From: Clostridiales bacterium
GTDB lineage: Bacteria; Bacillota; Clostridia; Christensenellales; Aristaeellaceae
Assembly (NCBI GenBank): GCA_004554085.1
Contig: SFNY01000009.1
Coordinates: 14,060 to 78,059, forward strand
Direction of reading: 5' to 3'
Length of the DNA: 64,000 nucleotides
In this document: one piece after another, positions 25,502 through 35,729 of the stretch
How the letters are laid out: each line of letters begins with the position of its first letter
Position numbering within the stretch: the stretch's first letter is position 1
Program-made: the position numbers and the translations under genes
Notes under the pieces: generated by a model
The model's database searches: none
What the model was told of the DNA's origin: nothing
The model's input: the letters and a program-made list of their open reading frames with translations, nothing else

Positions 25502-26623
25502 TTAGTCCCCAGCAGCCCACTCATCCTCAAACAGGCTAGTGATGCGGCTGCTCTCGGGCGCGTCGGTGGTATCCGGGATGGGCGTGGGGCGCGTCCAGTA
25601 GTCGATGGCCTGGGTGGGCTCGGGCGTGGGTGTGGCGGCGGCGTTGGGCCTGGGGGTCGGCGTGGCGCCGTAGGCCTCGGTGGTCTGGAGCGTGCGCACG
25701 TCGGGCAGGTTCTCGTCGGAGTCGGTCTCGATGACCGTGCGCAGGATGAAGACCTCCTCGATGCGCTGGAAGTCCACCGAGGGCGTGACCACCGCGTAGG
25801 TGCCCTCGGAGCCCGCGTCCAGGCTCAGGGCTGTGACGGTGCCGATCTTGAGTCCCTTGGGATAGGTGGAGTCCGTGCCGGAGGTGATCACCGTGTCGCC
25901 GGGGGAGATGCTGTTGATGTTGGGCAGGTAGTAGACGAAGCACTCGGCGGTGTCGTCGTCGGAGGAAACCTGGCCGCGCATGATGCCGTTGTCGCGGGTG
26001 CGCTGCATCAGGCAGGCCACCGAGCTGCGGGAATCGATGATGGAGATGACCTTGGAATAGTTCAGGCCCACCTCGTACACGCGGCCGATCAGACCGTCGC
26101 CGTTGACCACGGCCATGCCGGTGGTTACGCCGCTGTTGGAGCCGCGATTGACGGAGAATGTCTCAAACCAGGGGCCTGCGTCCCGCGCGATCACCTTGGC
26201 GTAGACGGGTTCAAGGGAGGTATATGTATCCCTTGCGTCGAGCAGGGTCTTGAGGTTCTCGTTCTCCCGCACGGCCTCCTCGGCCTCCTGAAGCTCCATG
26301 CGCAGCTGTTCGTTCTCAAAGGAGAGCGCGTCGTATGCCTGCTGAAGCTCAGTCAGACTCTTGCGGTCGGTGAAGAAGTCCTTGACGCCGGTGGTGACGC
26401 TGCGGAAGGCGTTCTGCACCGGCGTGACCAGCGTGCCGACTGCGTTTTCAAAGATGGAGATTTGGCCGCTGCTGCGGATCACCAGGAAGAAGATGACGGC
26501 GGCGACGACCAGAACGACCAGCGTGGTGAACAGGATGCGGCGCAGCTTGCGAAGGCGGGTGCTCTGCACCTCGGGATTTCGCTTGGTGGAATAGCGCTTG
26601 CCGCGCGACTTTTTCTTAGCCAT
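25502..26623 (-). CDS. mreC: Rod shape-determining protein MreC (with Pro/Thr-rich C-terminal tail)
   Basis: 373 aa with N-terminal TM, coiled coil and MreC beta-barrel region ('GLIGRV', 'VITSG'). Confidence 0.85.
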   Translation of the reverse strand: MAKKKSRGKRYSTKRNPEVQSTRLRKLRRILFTTLVVLVVAAVIFFLVIRSSGQISIFENAVGTLVTPVQNAFRSVTTGVKDFFTDRKSLTELQQAYDALSFENEQLRMELQEAEEAVRENENLKTLLDARDTYTSLEPVYAKVIARDAGPWFETFSVNRGSNSGVTTGMAVVNGDGLIGRVYEVGLNYSKVISIIDSRSSVACLMQRTRDNGIMRGQVSSDDDTAECFVYYLPNINSISPGDTVITSGTDSTYPKGLKIGTVTALSLDAGSEGTYAVVTPSVDFQRIEEVFILRTVIETDSDENLPDVRTLQTTEAYGATPTPRPNAAATPTPEPTQAIDYWTRPTPIPDTTDAPESSRITSLFEDEWAAGD

Positions 26624-26653
26624 TTATGTTGCTCCTTCGGATGGGAGTTGGGA

Positions 26654-27694
26654 TCAGACTTCGAGCAGGCAGCCGGTGAGCTGGAGCTTCTGGTAGATTT
26701 TGTCGTCGGAGGCGGCGATGCACGCGCCGCGGGCGACCTCGTCCTGGGGATTTTCGCTGATGTTCACGGGGATGTTCAGCATCGCTGCGAGGCGCTCCCG
26801 CAGGCCCTCCAGCAGCGCGCCGCCGCCGGAGAGGTGGATGCCGTTGGTCAGCAGGTCCTCCGCCAGCTCCGCAGGGGTGTTCTCAAAGGCCTCGCGGATG
26901 CTCTCCAGCAGATTGTCCAGCGCGGGCAGGATCGCGCGCTGCACGTCCAGCGCATTGATCTCTGCGGTGGCGGGCTTGCCGGTGCGCGCGTCGCGGCCGC
27001 GCAGGGTCACGTTCTCCACCTCGGTCATGGGAATCTCCAGCGCCGTGGCCAGGTCGATCTTCAGATCCTCTGCGGTGCGCTGGCCGATGATCAGGCCCTT
27101 CTCCCGGCGAATGTAGCGCATGATGGCCTCGTCCAGGGCAAGGCTGCCGGTGCGGGTGGTGCGCGCGGCGACCACGCCGTTCATGGACAGCACGGCCACC
27201 TCCGTGGTGGAGCCGCCGATGAGCACCACCATCACGCCTCTGGCCTCCTCAATGGACAGCCCTGCGCCCAGTGCGGCGGCGATGCTGGCGCGGATCAGCG
27301 CGGCCTTCTTTGCGCCGCTTGCGCGCACGGCGCTCTGCGCCGCAGCGTGCTCCACGCGGGTTGCGCCGGTGGCCATGGAAACCACCAGCCGGTTTTTCTC
27401 CAGCGCGCGGCGCTTGCCCAGCGCCTTCTCCGCCAGGGACTTCATCAGCAGCGTGGCCTGCTCCACATCCGCCACCGCGCCGTCCATCACCGGGGACAGC
27501 AGCGCCACGTCCTTGGGGGTGCGGCCCAGCATCTGGCGCGCATCCCGGCCCACGCCGAGCACCTCGTCGGGGTCGTCGCGCAGGGTGAGCACGTAGCTGG
27601 GCTCGCGCAGCACCACGCCTTCGTTCTCTAGGCAGATGGTCACGTTGGCGGAGCCCAGATCCAGGCCCACGCCGCCGGTAGAAAACACGCCCAT
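26654..27694 (-). CDS. mreB: Rod shape-determining actin homologue MreB
   Basis: 346 aa. Motifs 'GLDLGSANV', 'IGGSTTEVAV', 'LSGGGALL'. Confidence 0.9.
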   Translation of the reverse strand: MGVFSTGGVGLDLGSANVTICLENEGVVLREPSYVLTLRDDPDEVLGVGRDARQMLGRTPKDVALLSPVMDGAVADVEQATLLMKSLAEKALGKRRALEKNRLVVSMATGATRVEHAAAQSAVRASGAKKAALIRASIAAALGAGLSIEEARGVMVVLIGGSTTEVAVLSMNGVVAARTTRTGSLALDEAIMRYIRREKGLIIGQRTAEDLKIDLATALEIPMTEVENVTLRGRDARTGKPATAEINALDVQRAILPALDNLLESIREAFENTPAELAEDLLTNGIHLSGGGALLEGLRERLAAMLNIPVNISENPQDEVARGACIAASDDKIYQKLQLTGCLLEV

Positions 27695-27714
27695 ATCGAT
27701 AACCTCCCGTTCGG

Positions 27715-28308
27715 TCAGCAGGTGAAATCCTTCAGCATCTCCCGGATGTCGTCCACCGGGAAGCCGATCACGTTCTCATAGGAGCCGTCGAAGCCCTCCA
27801 CAAAGCCGTGGGCGCCGCCCTGAATGGCGTAGGCGCCGGCCTTGTCCATGGGTTCGCCGGTGGCGATGTAGCGGTCGATCTCCTGATCGCTCAGCTCGCG
27901 GAAGCGCACGCCCGTGCGCACAGCGCGGGTTTCACTGCGACCGCTGGCCGCGTCGATGATCGTCACGCCGGTGAAAACCTCGTGGGTGCGCCCGGAGAGC
28001 GCCGCGAGCATGCGGTGCGCATCAGCAGCGTCCCGAGGCTTGCCCAGTGCCGCGCCGTCCAGGGAAACCAGCGTGTCCGACGCAATGATTATGCCCTCTG
28101 TGCGGGTGGAGGCCACGGCCTCGGCCTTGCGGCGGGAGAGGATGGCGACCACGTCGCGGGCGTGTCCGGTGACGTTCTCGTCCACGTCCGGAACCTGTAT
28201 CTCAAAGGTATAGCCCATCTGCGCAAGCAGCTCCCGGCGGCGGGGGGAGCCGGAGGCCAGAATCAGGCGGAAAGATTGCGTGCTTTTTTCGTTTGCATTG
28301 GAAATCAT
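27715..28308 (-). CDS. maf: Maf-family nucleoside triphosphate pyrophosphatase
   Basis: 'LILASGSPRRRELL' and 'DKAGAYAIQG'. The start at 28308 was chosen for its GGAG RBS; the ORF extends to 28359. Confidence 0.85.
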   Translation of the reverse strand: MISNANEKSTQSFRLILASGSPRRRELLAQMGYTFEIQVPDVDENVTGHARDVVAILSRRKAEAVASTRTEGIIIASDTLVSLDGAALGKPRDAADAHRMLAALSGRTHEVFTGVTIIDAASGRSETRAVRTGVRFRELSDQEIDRYIATGEPMDKAGAYAIQGGAHGFVEGFDGSYENVIGFPVDDIREMLKDFTC

Positions 28309-28467
28309 GGTACACTTCTCCATATTGATCGAAACTAACCACCCTATATTATAGCACACAAACGTGAGGTTTCAAAGCGTTTGCGGGCTTCGTACCCATT
28401 TTGTCACGAACATATTACACTTTTCCCGGGATCGCAGAGCGAATGCCGGAGCCCTGCACGTCTTGGG

Positions 28468-28506
28468 TACAACAAAGCGAACCGAAGCGTTTGCGCTTCG
28501 GTTCGC
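28468..28506 (-). terminator. Rho-independent terminator downstream of the Nudix-like gene
   Basis: Perfect 13-bp stem GCGAACCGAAGCG / CGCTTCGGTTCGC with a TTTG loop, followed on the minus strand by TTTGTTGT. Confidence 0.7.
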
Positions 28507-28519
28507 ACATTTGTCGGGA

Positions 28520-28954
28520 TCAGGCAGGGGTACCTTCCTTGCATTCCGTATAGATTTGATAGGCTGTGTCCAGAATCTGACGGTCGCAATCGTGGCTCAG
28601 CATCTCGCGCGCCTTCTGAACCGGGTAGTAGCCGCCGTTTAGAAATCCCTGGTCGAAGGAGATGTGATAGCTGTCGTCGTCCGCGATCATCGCGAACCAC
28701 TGGATTCGGTTGCTTACGTCCTTGCCGCGACTCTCCGAAAAGAAGTCGTAGCGGGTATTGCCGGCAATGCCGATGATGCGCGCATGAATCCCGGCTTCGT
28801 CCTCGACGCGCCAGAGCGCCACATCGTTGGAATGATTGCGGTTGCGGATCACGCCCTTCGGCATCACCCATTCGCCGCGATCGCTCATCAAAAGAAAAAC
28901 CTGTTCATCGCAGAAAACAACGCCTCCCGCACAGCTGCGAATTGCACTTGCCAT
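28520..28954 (-). CDS. Nudix-fold hydrolase-like protein (degenerate Nudix box)
   Basis: 144 aa. 'PKGVIRNRNHSNDVALWRVEDEAGI' resembles GX5EX7REUXEEXGU but lacks the first Glu. Confidence 0.5.
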   Translation of the reverse strand: MASAIRSCAGGVVFCDEQVFLLMSDRGEWVMPKGVIRNRNHSNDVALWRVEDEAGIHARIIGIAGNTRYDFFSESRGKDVSNRIQWFAMIADDDSYHISFDQGFLNGGYYPVQKAREMLSHDCDRQILDTAYQIYTECKEGTPA

Positions 28955-29111
28955 AGCTTAAACACCTTCCTTTTTACGGCTAATGTTCATGATAGCACAA
29001 AAACGGGTAAATTACAATGATAAAAACGGGAAAAAAGCTGGGCAAGAAACATCGCTTGTGGACATGTTGCAAATTTAATGCTAAAATAATGGATGAAAGG
29101 AAGGGACCATT

Positions 29112-29831
29112 ATGAAGGAAGCCCTGGAGACGCTGAAGCAGTGGGTGCGGGAGTCCAAACGCATCGTTTTCTTCGGCGGCGCGGGCGTCAGCACGGAGTC
29201 GGGCATCCCGGATTTCCGCGGCGTGGACGGCCTGTACCGGCAGAAGTACGCCTATCCCCCGGAGACGATCCTCAGTCACGATTTCTTTGTGCGCAGAACG
29301 GAGGAGTTCTACCGCTTCTACCGGGATAAGATGCTCATCACGGACGCGCTTCCCAACGCGGCGCACAAAAAGCTGGCCCAGTGGGAACAGGAGGGCAAGC
29401 TCAGCGCTGTGGTGACGCAGAACATCGATGGCCTGCACCAGGCGGCGGGCTCAAAGAAGGTCTATGAACTGCACGGCTGCATCCTGCGGAATTACTGCAT
29501 GGACTGCGGCAAGTTCTACGATGCACAGTACATCAAGGAGAGCGCCGGCGTGCCCAAGTGCAGCTGCGGCGGCGTCATCAAGCCGGACGTGGTGCTCTAC
29601 CAGGAGTCGCTGGATCAGGACTGCATCATGGGCGCGATCCATGCCATCGCCAACGCCGACCTGCTAATCATCGGCGGCACCTCGCTGAGCGTCTATCCGG
29701 CGGCCAGCTTCATCGACGACTATCGCGGCGACCGCATGGTGTTGGTGAACAAGACCGCCACGCCCCGGGACGACCGGGCCGATCTCATTCTGCGCGATCC
29801 CATCGGCCAGGTGTTCGCCCAGCTTCCCTGA
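29112..29831 (+). CDS. cobB: NAD-dependent protein deacylase (Sir2 family)
   Basis: 239 aa. 'GAGVSTESGIPDFRG', 'TQNIDGLH', zinc ribbon 'CMDCG..CSCGG'. Confidence 0.9.
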   Translation: MKEALETLKQWVRESKRIVFFGGAGVSTESGIPDFRGVDGLYRQKYAYPPETILSHDFFVRRTEEFYRFYRDKMLITDALPNAAHKKLAQWEQEGKLSAVVTQNIDGLHQAAGSKKVYELHGCILRNYCMDCGKFYDAQYIKESAGVPKCSCGGVIKPDVVLYQESLDQDCIMGAIHAIANADLLIIGGTSLSVYPAASFIDDYRGDRMVLVNKTATPRDDRADLILRDPIGQVFAQLP

Positions 29832-29834
29832 TCC

Positions 29835-30344
29835 ATGGCAGAGCGCATCTACGGCTTCGGGCCGGTGTGGCGGGCGGACGCGCGTATGCTGATCCTCGGC
29901 TCCATGCCCAGCGTGGAGTCGCTGCACCAGAGCTTCTACTACGCTCATCCCCGCAACGCCTTCTGGCCGATGATGGCGGAGATTCTGGGCGAAGCAAGCC
30001 CGGAAACCATCGAGGAAAAGAAGGCCATGCTGCTGCGGCACCGCATCGCCCTGTGGGACACGGTGGGCAGCTGCGAGCGCGCGGGTTCGCTGGACAGCGC
30101 CATCCGCGATCCGCAGCCCAACGACTTTGAAGCGCTGTTCCGAAACTGCCCGAACATCAAACACATCTTTTTCAACGGCGCGACGGCGCATCAGCTCTAT
30201 CTCAGGCTGGTGGCGAGGGGGGATGCGATGCGGAGCTACCACCGCATGCCCTCCACCAGCCCGGCCTACACCCTGAAATATGAAATCAAGAAAGCGCGCT
30301 GGCAGGCAGCGCTGAAGGAGGCTTTTCCAGATGAACCCCTGTGA
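29835..30344 (+). CDS. DNA-deoxyinosine (hypoxanthine) glycosylase, UDG superfamily
   Basis: 169 aa. Motifs 'LILGSMPSVESL..FYYAHPRNAFW' and 'NGATAH'. Confidence 0.75.
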   Translation: MAERIYGFGPVWRADARMLILGSMPSVESLHQSFYYAHPRNAFWPMMAEILGEASPETIEEKKAMLLRHRIALWDTVGSCERAGSLDSAIRDPQPNDFEALFRNCPNIKHIFFNGATAHQLYLRLVARGDAMRSYHRMPSTSPAYTLKYEIKKARWQAALKEAFPDEPL

Positions 30345-31635
30345 CATCATTCGCAAAAAGCGCTTCGGCGGCGAATTAAATGAGGCGGAGATTCGCGCCT
30401 TTGTGGACGGCGTGGTGGACGGCAGCTTTGCCGATTATCAGGCATCCGCACTGCTGATGGCGATCTGCATCAACGGCATGACGGACCGGGAGACGCTGGC
30501 GCTGACGCTGGCGATGGCGAAGTCCGGCGAGACGCTGGATCTCAGCGACATCCCCGGCATCAAGGCCGACAAGCACTCCACCGGCGGCGTGGGCGACACC
30601 ACCTCGCTGGTGCTGGTTCCGCTGGTGGCGGCCTGCGGCGTGAAGATGGCGAAGATGTCCGGCCGCGGCCTGGGCTTCACCGGCGGCACGCTGGACAAGA
30701 TGGAGTCCATCCCGGGCATGTCCATCGATATGGACGTGGACGCCTTCAAGCGGCAGGTGACGGACATCGGCTGCGCCATCATCGGCCAGACGGCGGAGCT
30801 GGCCCCGGCGGACAAGGTGCTCTACGCCCTGCGGGACGTGACCGCCACGGTGGACTGCATGCCGTTGGTGGTGTCGTCGATCCTGTCCAAGAAGCTGGCG
30901 GCGGGCTGCGACGTGGTGGTGCTGGACGTGAAGAGCGGCAGCGGTGCGATCATGGACACGCCGGAGAAGTCGCGCAAGCTGGCGGAGATGATGGTGCGCA
31001 TCGGCAACCTCAGCGGCAAGCGCTTCTCCGCGCTGATCACCGACATGGATCAGCCGCTGGGCAACTACATCGGCAACGCGCTGGAGGTGGAGGAGGCCAT
31101 CGACATCCTCGCTGGACGCACCCAGGGCGCGTTGAAGGACGTGGCGCTGGAGCTGGGCGCGCACATCCTGCGCAATGCGGGCGCTGTCGGAACGGTTCCC
31201 GAGGGCATAAAGCTGTTGGATTCCAAGATTCGCAGCGGCGAGGGCCTCAAAAAGCTGGCGGAGATGATCGCGGCACAGGGCGGCGATCCCCGGGTGTGCG
31301 AGGACACCGGCCTGCTGCCCAAGGCAAAGACGCTGATCGACATCAAGGCCGACCGCGCGGGTTACGTATCCTCCATGGTCACCAGCGACATCGGCAACGC
31401 TGCCAAGCTGCTGGGCGCGGGCCGCGAGCGCAAGACCGATGCGCTGGACCTGTCCGTGGGCATCGTGATGAAGGTGCGCGTGGGCGACCGCGTGAAGAAG
31501 GGCGACGTGCTCTGCACACTGCACGCCGGCGAGAAGTCCGACCGCACCGGCGCGTACAACCTGATGAAGCGCTCCATAACCATCTCCGACGAGAAGCCCG
31601 AGCCGCGGCCGCTGATTCAGGCCGTGGTGGAGTGA
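30331..31635 (+). CDS. pdp: Pyrimidine-nucleoside (thymidine) phosphorylase
   Basis: 434 aa. Motifs 'DKHSTGGVGD', 'SGRGLGFTGGTLDK', 'DVKSGSGA'. Confidence 0.9.
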   Translation: MNPCDIIRKKRFGGELNEAEIRAFVDGVVDGSFADYQASALLMAICINGMTDRETLALTLAMAKSGETLDLSDIPGIKADKHSTGGVGDTTSLVLVPLVAACGVKMAKMSGRGLGFTGGTLDKMESIPGMSIDMDVDAFKRQVTDIGCAIIGQTAELAPADKVLYALRDVTATVDCMPLVVSSILSKKLAAGCDVVVLDVKSGSGAIMDTPEKSRKLAEMMVRIGNLSGKRFSALITDMDQPLGNYIGNALEVEEAIDILAGRTQGALKDVALELGAHILRNAGAVGTVPEGIKLLDSKIRSGEGLKKLAEMIAAQGGDPRVCEDTGLLPKAKTLIDIKADRAGYVSSMVTSDIGNAAKLLGAGRERKTDALDLSVGIVMKVRVGDRVKKGDVLCTLHAGEKSDRTGAYNLMKRSITISDEKPEPRPLIQAVVE

Positions 31636-31644
31636 GGAGGCGGC

Positions 31645-32619
31645 ATGGCATTACGAAAGAAAAAGACCCGCGCCGAGCTGCGGCGCGAGGATCGGGCGCA
31701 TTCGCCCGATGAAAGAGCGCACGGCGATCTGGTGCGCAATAAGGACGGCCACGTGCACCTGATCTGGCTGTGGCTGATCGGCTTTCTGGTGTACTTCGGC
31801 TGGAACTGGGGCGTGGAGGCGGTCTTTTCCGCCACGCTGGGCCAGCTGCACATGCACGCGATGAACCTAGGCTACGGCGACATTCTGCAGGCCCCGCTGT
31901 GGGCCACGGTGGTGCTCCACGGATACGACCCGCTGATGTCTGTGGTGGAGAGCCTGGGCACAGCGGTCATCTTCCTGGTGCTGGCGAAGCTCTTGCACAA
32001 CAAGGGCGACCACGAGGGCTTCGAGCTGCCCGGCCTGGGCAAGTGGCTGGCCGTGGGCCTGGTTGCCGCACTGGCGGGCGTTGCGCTGTGCCTGCTCACG
32101 GATTCGCTGCGGCTGGCCGCGCCGCTGAGCGAACCAAAGTTCAGCCTGTCCACGCTCATCGCCGCGCCGGTGTGCTTCCTGTCCACGCTGGCGGGCGAGG
32201 TGTTCATGATGGACTACCTCTACGAGTCCGCCCGCGCCCATCTCAAGCGCCTGCCCAGCATGGTTCTATTGTTGGCGGTGGAGTTCATCGCCGAGGGCGG
32301 CTGGCACCTGAGCTGGATCGGCATGGCGAACGTGGCGCTGCAGGTGCTGCTGTGCTGCATGCTGCACGACCGCTACGGACTCGCGGCCCCCACGGGGCTG
32401 TTCACCGGCTGGAGCTTCGTGCACACCGCGCTGTTCGTCAACCTCAGCGCAGGCGCTGCGGACGGCGTGTGGTCGGTCTTCCATGTCTCCGAGGCCTGGC
32501 TCACCGGCGGCAGCCACGGCCTGTTCAACGGCGTGTACATGACGTTCTTCCTGCTGGCGGTGCTGCTGGGCGTGCACTTCCTGCACAAATACCGCGCGCC
32601 GGGAACGGAAGCGGCCTAA
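31645..32619 (+). CDS. Polytopic membrane protein of unknown function (weak CPBP/CAAX-protease-like features)
   Basis: 324 aa. Basic N-terminal tail followed by about 7 hydrophobic helices. The CPBP motifs are only loosely matched. Confidence 0.4.
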   Translation: MALRKKKTRAELRREDRAHSPDERAHGDLVRNKDGHVHLIWLWLIGFLVYFGWNWGVEAVFSATLGQLHMHAMNLGYGDILQAPLWATVVLHGYDPLMSVVESLGTAVIFLVLAKLLHNKGDHEGFELPGLGKWLAVGLVAALAGVALCLLTDSLRLAAPLSEPKFSLSTLIAAPVCFLSTLAGEVFMMDYLYESARAHLKRLPSMVLLLAVEFIAEGGWHLSWIGMANVALQVLLCCMLHDRYGLAAPTGLFTGWSFVHTALFVNLSAGAADGVWSVFHVSEAWLTGGSHGLFNGVYMTFFLLAVLLGVHFLHKYRAPGTEAA

Positions 32620-32678
32620 TACATACAAAAACAGATGCATCGAAACGGTGCATCTGTTTTTTGCGTTCTATGAACCTG

Positions 32679-33266
32679 TTATCCTTCAGCGTGAAACTGG
32701 GCGGCGGAGGGCTCGACCAGGCGCAGCTCGTCCGCGCAGATCACCCGATCCACGGGGATGTCGTGCTCCTCCACCTCCAGATGCTCAAACATCTGGAAGG
32801 GATAGCACAGCGCCACCAGCCTGTGGCCGGGGTGTGCTTCCAGATACTTGTCGTAGAAGCCGCCGCCGTAGCCCACGCGATGCCCCTCCGGATCGAAGGC
32901 CAGGCCGGGCATCAGCACCAGTGCGGTCTCATCCTCGGCCACGGGCGCGTCGAAGGTGGGCTCGGGGATGTTCCAGCCGCCGGGAGCGATCTGTGTGAAG
33001 TCCTCGAGCCACAGAAAGCGCATCTCGTCGCCGTAGACCTTGGGCACCGCGACCCGCTTGCCATCCTTCCAGGCGCGCTCCACGATCTCCCAGGTGCGCA
33101 CCTCCTGATTGTAGGGCAGGTAGGCATAGATGGCCCGGGCCTGCTTATATTCCTCCGTCTCGTACAGCTTTTCCGCCAGATTACGGCTGTACGCGGCGAT
33201 CTCCGCCGCCGCCATGGCGCGCTTCTTCTGACCGATCTCCCTGCGGAGCGCTTTCTTGTCAAGCAT
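32679..33266 (-). CDS. 5-formyltetrahydrofolate cyclo-ligase
   Basis: ATG at 33266 within ORF 32679..33281. Motifs 'VAVPKV', 'LVLMPGLAFDPEGHRVGYGGGFYD'. Confidence 0.85.
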   Translation of the reverse strand: MLDKKALRREIGQKKRAMAAAEIAAYSRNLAEKLYETEEYKQARAIYAYLPYNQEVRTWEIVERAWKDGKRVAVPKVYGDEMRFLWLEDFTQIAPGGWNIPEPTFDAPVAEDETALVLMPGLAFDPEGHRVGYGGGFYDKYLEAHPGHRLVALCYPFQMFEHLEVEEHDIPVDRVICADELRLVEPSAAQFHAEG

Positions 33267-33507
33267 AGTATCACCTTGCAAAAAAGGGAGAGGAACGCGC
33301 CTCTCCCAAAATAGGAGTCCGGTTCACTTGCGACCGGATGAATTTACCCTTACTGTTGAAAAAGCTGTGCAGGACAGCCTGTAAAATCGGAAGTGACGGC
33401 GTGTACGTCACTTCCGGCATTTTTCGGGAGCGTTAGCGGAGAAAAATGCATTCCCGTTCCGGTTGCCGCCCGGAAATTCCGCAGAATTTCAGGCAACCGG
33501 CCCAACG

Positions 33508-33565
33508 CATTGAAAAACATCAGTTTTTCAATGCAAAGAGTGAAGGGGGATGTTTCCCCCTTCAC
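33508..33565 (-). terminator. Tandem hairpin terminator downstream of acsB
   Basis: Hairpins GTGAAGGGGGA-TGTT-TCCCCCTTCAC (33540..33565) and GCATTGAAAAAC-ATCA-GTTTTTCAATGC (33508..33535), starting 10 nt after the acsB stop. Confidence 0.6.
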
Positions 33566-33575
33566 AGAAGTGCAA

Positions 33576-35705
33576 TTACATCAGAGGCTCCATGCCGAGC
33601 ACCGGATGGCCCTTCTCGGTCAGGAAGGCGTAGAGCTCTTCCATATCCTCGGTGATGGTCTCATCGGCGATCATGTCGGTGAAGTTGTCGATGCCGTACA
33701 GCTCCTTGGCGGTCTCGTTCAGGTTGTCGGCGACCTGATCCTTCAGCGCCTTCGGCAGCCAGACGATGCGGCCCGGGCCGCCCTCAGCCTTCATGAACTT
33801 CTTGGAGGAGATGAAGTGCTTGCCGTGGCCCATGAAGCCGGGGGTCTGCACGCCGCCGCCGGTCATGGAGGCCATCTCGGAGAAGCTCATGCCCAGAGGC
33901 GTCATGCCGGCATGCTCGCGGTTGACAATGACCACGCCGTTGGACAGGGGCTCGATGCCGCAGATGCACTCGAAGCAGCCGCAGGAGGTCATCGGGTCCT
34001 CCATGATGGAGTACAGGGTGACGTGCTCCAGCGCGCCGTGAGAGTACTGGTTCACGGCCTCGTCCACGTCCTCGTAGCGGCCGACGCGCTCGTCGATCGG
34101 GCGGGACTTGGGAACGATCTGGCAGGGACCCTGGGGATCCAGCTCGTTGGTCGCCTTGGCGTCCAGCCAGGAGACCGCGCCGCACAGGCCCAGACGCTCG
34201 GGGGTGACGATGCACACGTGAGACGGGGAGAAGGCCTGGCACAGGATGCAGGTGTAGAACACGTCGACGGACTCGTCGGTGAGGGTCTTGAGGCGCTCGT
34301 CGCGCTTGTCGAAGACGTGGTTGCCCATCTCGCGCATCTCCTTGACCTTCTCGGGATCGGTGTAGATGCGAACCTGGCACTTGTCGACGACGGCGTCGAA
34401 GTCGCTCTTGATCTTGGCGTAGAGCACCTCGCCGATGTGGCGGGCGCGGAAGCCGGCCTCGTAGGCGGCGTCGCTGACGCGGATGCGGATCATGTCGCGC
34501 TGACCGGTGTGCATGACGCCCTCAATGCAGTTCAGCCAGGAGTGGAACTTACGCTCCATGACGCCCTCGAAGTCGGTCTGCATGTTCTTGCCGGCGACGT
34601 CCACGATGTAGGCGATCGGAATCTTGGAGCCGAACTCGAACGCGTCGAAGTCGGGGCCTTCCACGGTGATCTTGTGATCCTCGATCTCGTGGGCATCCTT
34701 GGTCTGCACCAGCTCGATGCAGTCCACGCGGGAGCCGTCCATCTCGATCTGCATGGCCTTGCGGCGGATGATCTCGCCCTCGAACGCGGAGGAGAAGGCC
34801 ACGGGGATGTCGATGTTGGTGACCTTGATCTTGATGCCGCGGGCCTCAAGGGAGGTCTCGATCCAATCCTTGGTGTTGGTGTTGATGATCAGGGACTTCG
34901 GAACGGCCCACATATCCTCGGTATCGTTGGTGATGACCGGGAAGCCCAGCTTGATGGCGCCGGCGCCGCAGGCGACGGTGATGTCATTGACCGGTGCGTA
35001 GGCGTTGACGAAGGCGTTGATGCGGTCGAAGGTGTAGCGATGGAAGGCGTCCGCGTCGCCGGGCTCGGTGGCGCCGAAGATCATCGTTGCACGGGTGACC
35101 AGGGAGATGACGTGGCCGACGGACCAGATGTCATCGCCGACGGGAACCACGCGCACCGGGAAGCCGGTGGCCACGCCCGCAGCGTGAATCTGATCGATGA
35201 TGCCGCCGATCATGAATACGAAGATACCACGGGACTGATAGCCCTTGACCAGCTCAACGGCTTCCTCCTGGGAGGGAGCGGGGCCGATGATGACCACGAA
35301 GCCGGGGATGTCCTTGGTGACCAGCGGAACGCCCAGCTCGCGCACCTCGGCGTCGGAGAAGTGGCCGTGGTACTGGGTTCCCTCGTAGGGAGCGGGATTG
35401 CGGGCGTATTTGCAGGCCTCGATGACCTCAGCGCAGCATGCGGTGGCAACGCCGGAGTCGAAGATGGACTTGGTGCGATACTCGCGGCCCATCATGGCGC
35501 GCAGCTGCGCCAGAGCTTCCTTCAGCTCGCCCAGGGTGGTGACCTTCTTGCCCAGGTAGGCATAGATGCAAGCGAGGAAATACGCGGTGTCGGGCATCGT
35601 CATGGGGGCGCTCTCGCCCAGCTCAGCAATAACCTGATTCAGCTCCGATTCAGCCTTGAAATACATCTCATCGGAACCGCGGAATACTCTGTCAAACAGA
35701 CCCAT
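33576..35705 (-). CDS. acsB: Acetyl-CoA synthase catalytic subunit of CODH/ACS
   Basis: 709 aa, full-length ACS-type sequence. A-cluster Cys region 'CILCQAFSPSHVC' .. 'CGCFEC'. Confidence 0.9.
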   Translation of the reverse strand: MGLFDRVFRGSDEMYFKAESELNQVIAELGESAPMTMPDTAYFLACIYAYLGKKVTTLGELKEALAQLRAMMGREYRTKSIFDSGVATACCAEVIEACKYARNPAPYEGTQYHGHFSDAEVRELGVPLVTKDIPGFVVIIGPAPSQEEAVELVKGYQSRGIFVFMIGGIIDQIHAAGVATGFPVRVVPVGDDIWSVGHVISLVTRATMIFGATEPGDADAFHRYTFDRINAFVNAYAPVNDITVACGAGAIKLGFPVITNDTEDMWAVPKSLIINTNTKDWIETSLEARGIKIKVTNIDIPVAFSSAFEGEIIRRKAMQIEMDGSRVDCIELVQTKDAHEIEDHKITVEGPDFDAFEFGSKIPIAYIVDVAGKNMQTDFEGVMERKFHSWLNCIEGVMHTGQRDMIRIRVSDAAYEAGFRARHIGEVLYAKIKSDFDAVVDKCQVRIYTDPEKVKEMREMGNHVFDKRDERLKTLTDESVDVFYTCILCQAFSPSHVCIVTPERLGLCGAVSWLDAKATNELDPQGPCQIVPKSRPIDERVGRYEDVDEAVNQYSHGALEHVTLYSIMEDPMTSCGCFECICGIEPLSNGVVIVNREHAGMTPLGMSFSEMASMTGGGVQTPGFMGHGKHFISSKKFMKAEGGPGRIVWLPKALKDQVADNLNETAKELYGIDNFTDMIADETITEDMEELYAFLTEKGHPVLGMEPLM

Positions 35706-35729
35706 CTATGTTCTCATTCCTTTCATGTA

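Noticed and set aside
28376-28389. The 14-mer GCGTTTGCGGGCTT recurs as a reverse complement at 63090..63103, and related GCG(T/C)TTGCGC hairpin loops occur at 28486..28497 and 63248..63257. This raised the idea of a dispersed repeat family.
   Set aside because: A single 14-nt match between two strands of 64 kb is within chance expectation. One copy lies inside the HAD coding sequence, and no longer flanking similarity is visible.
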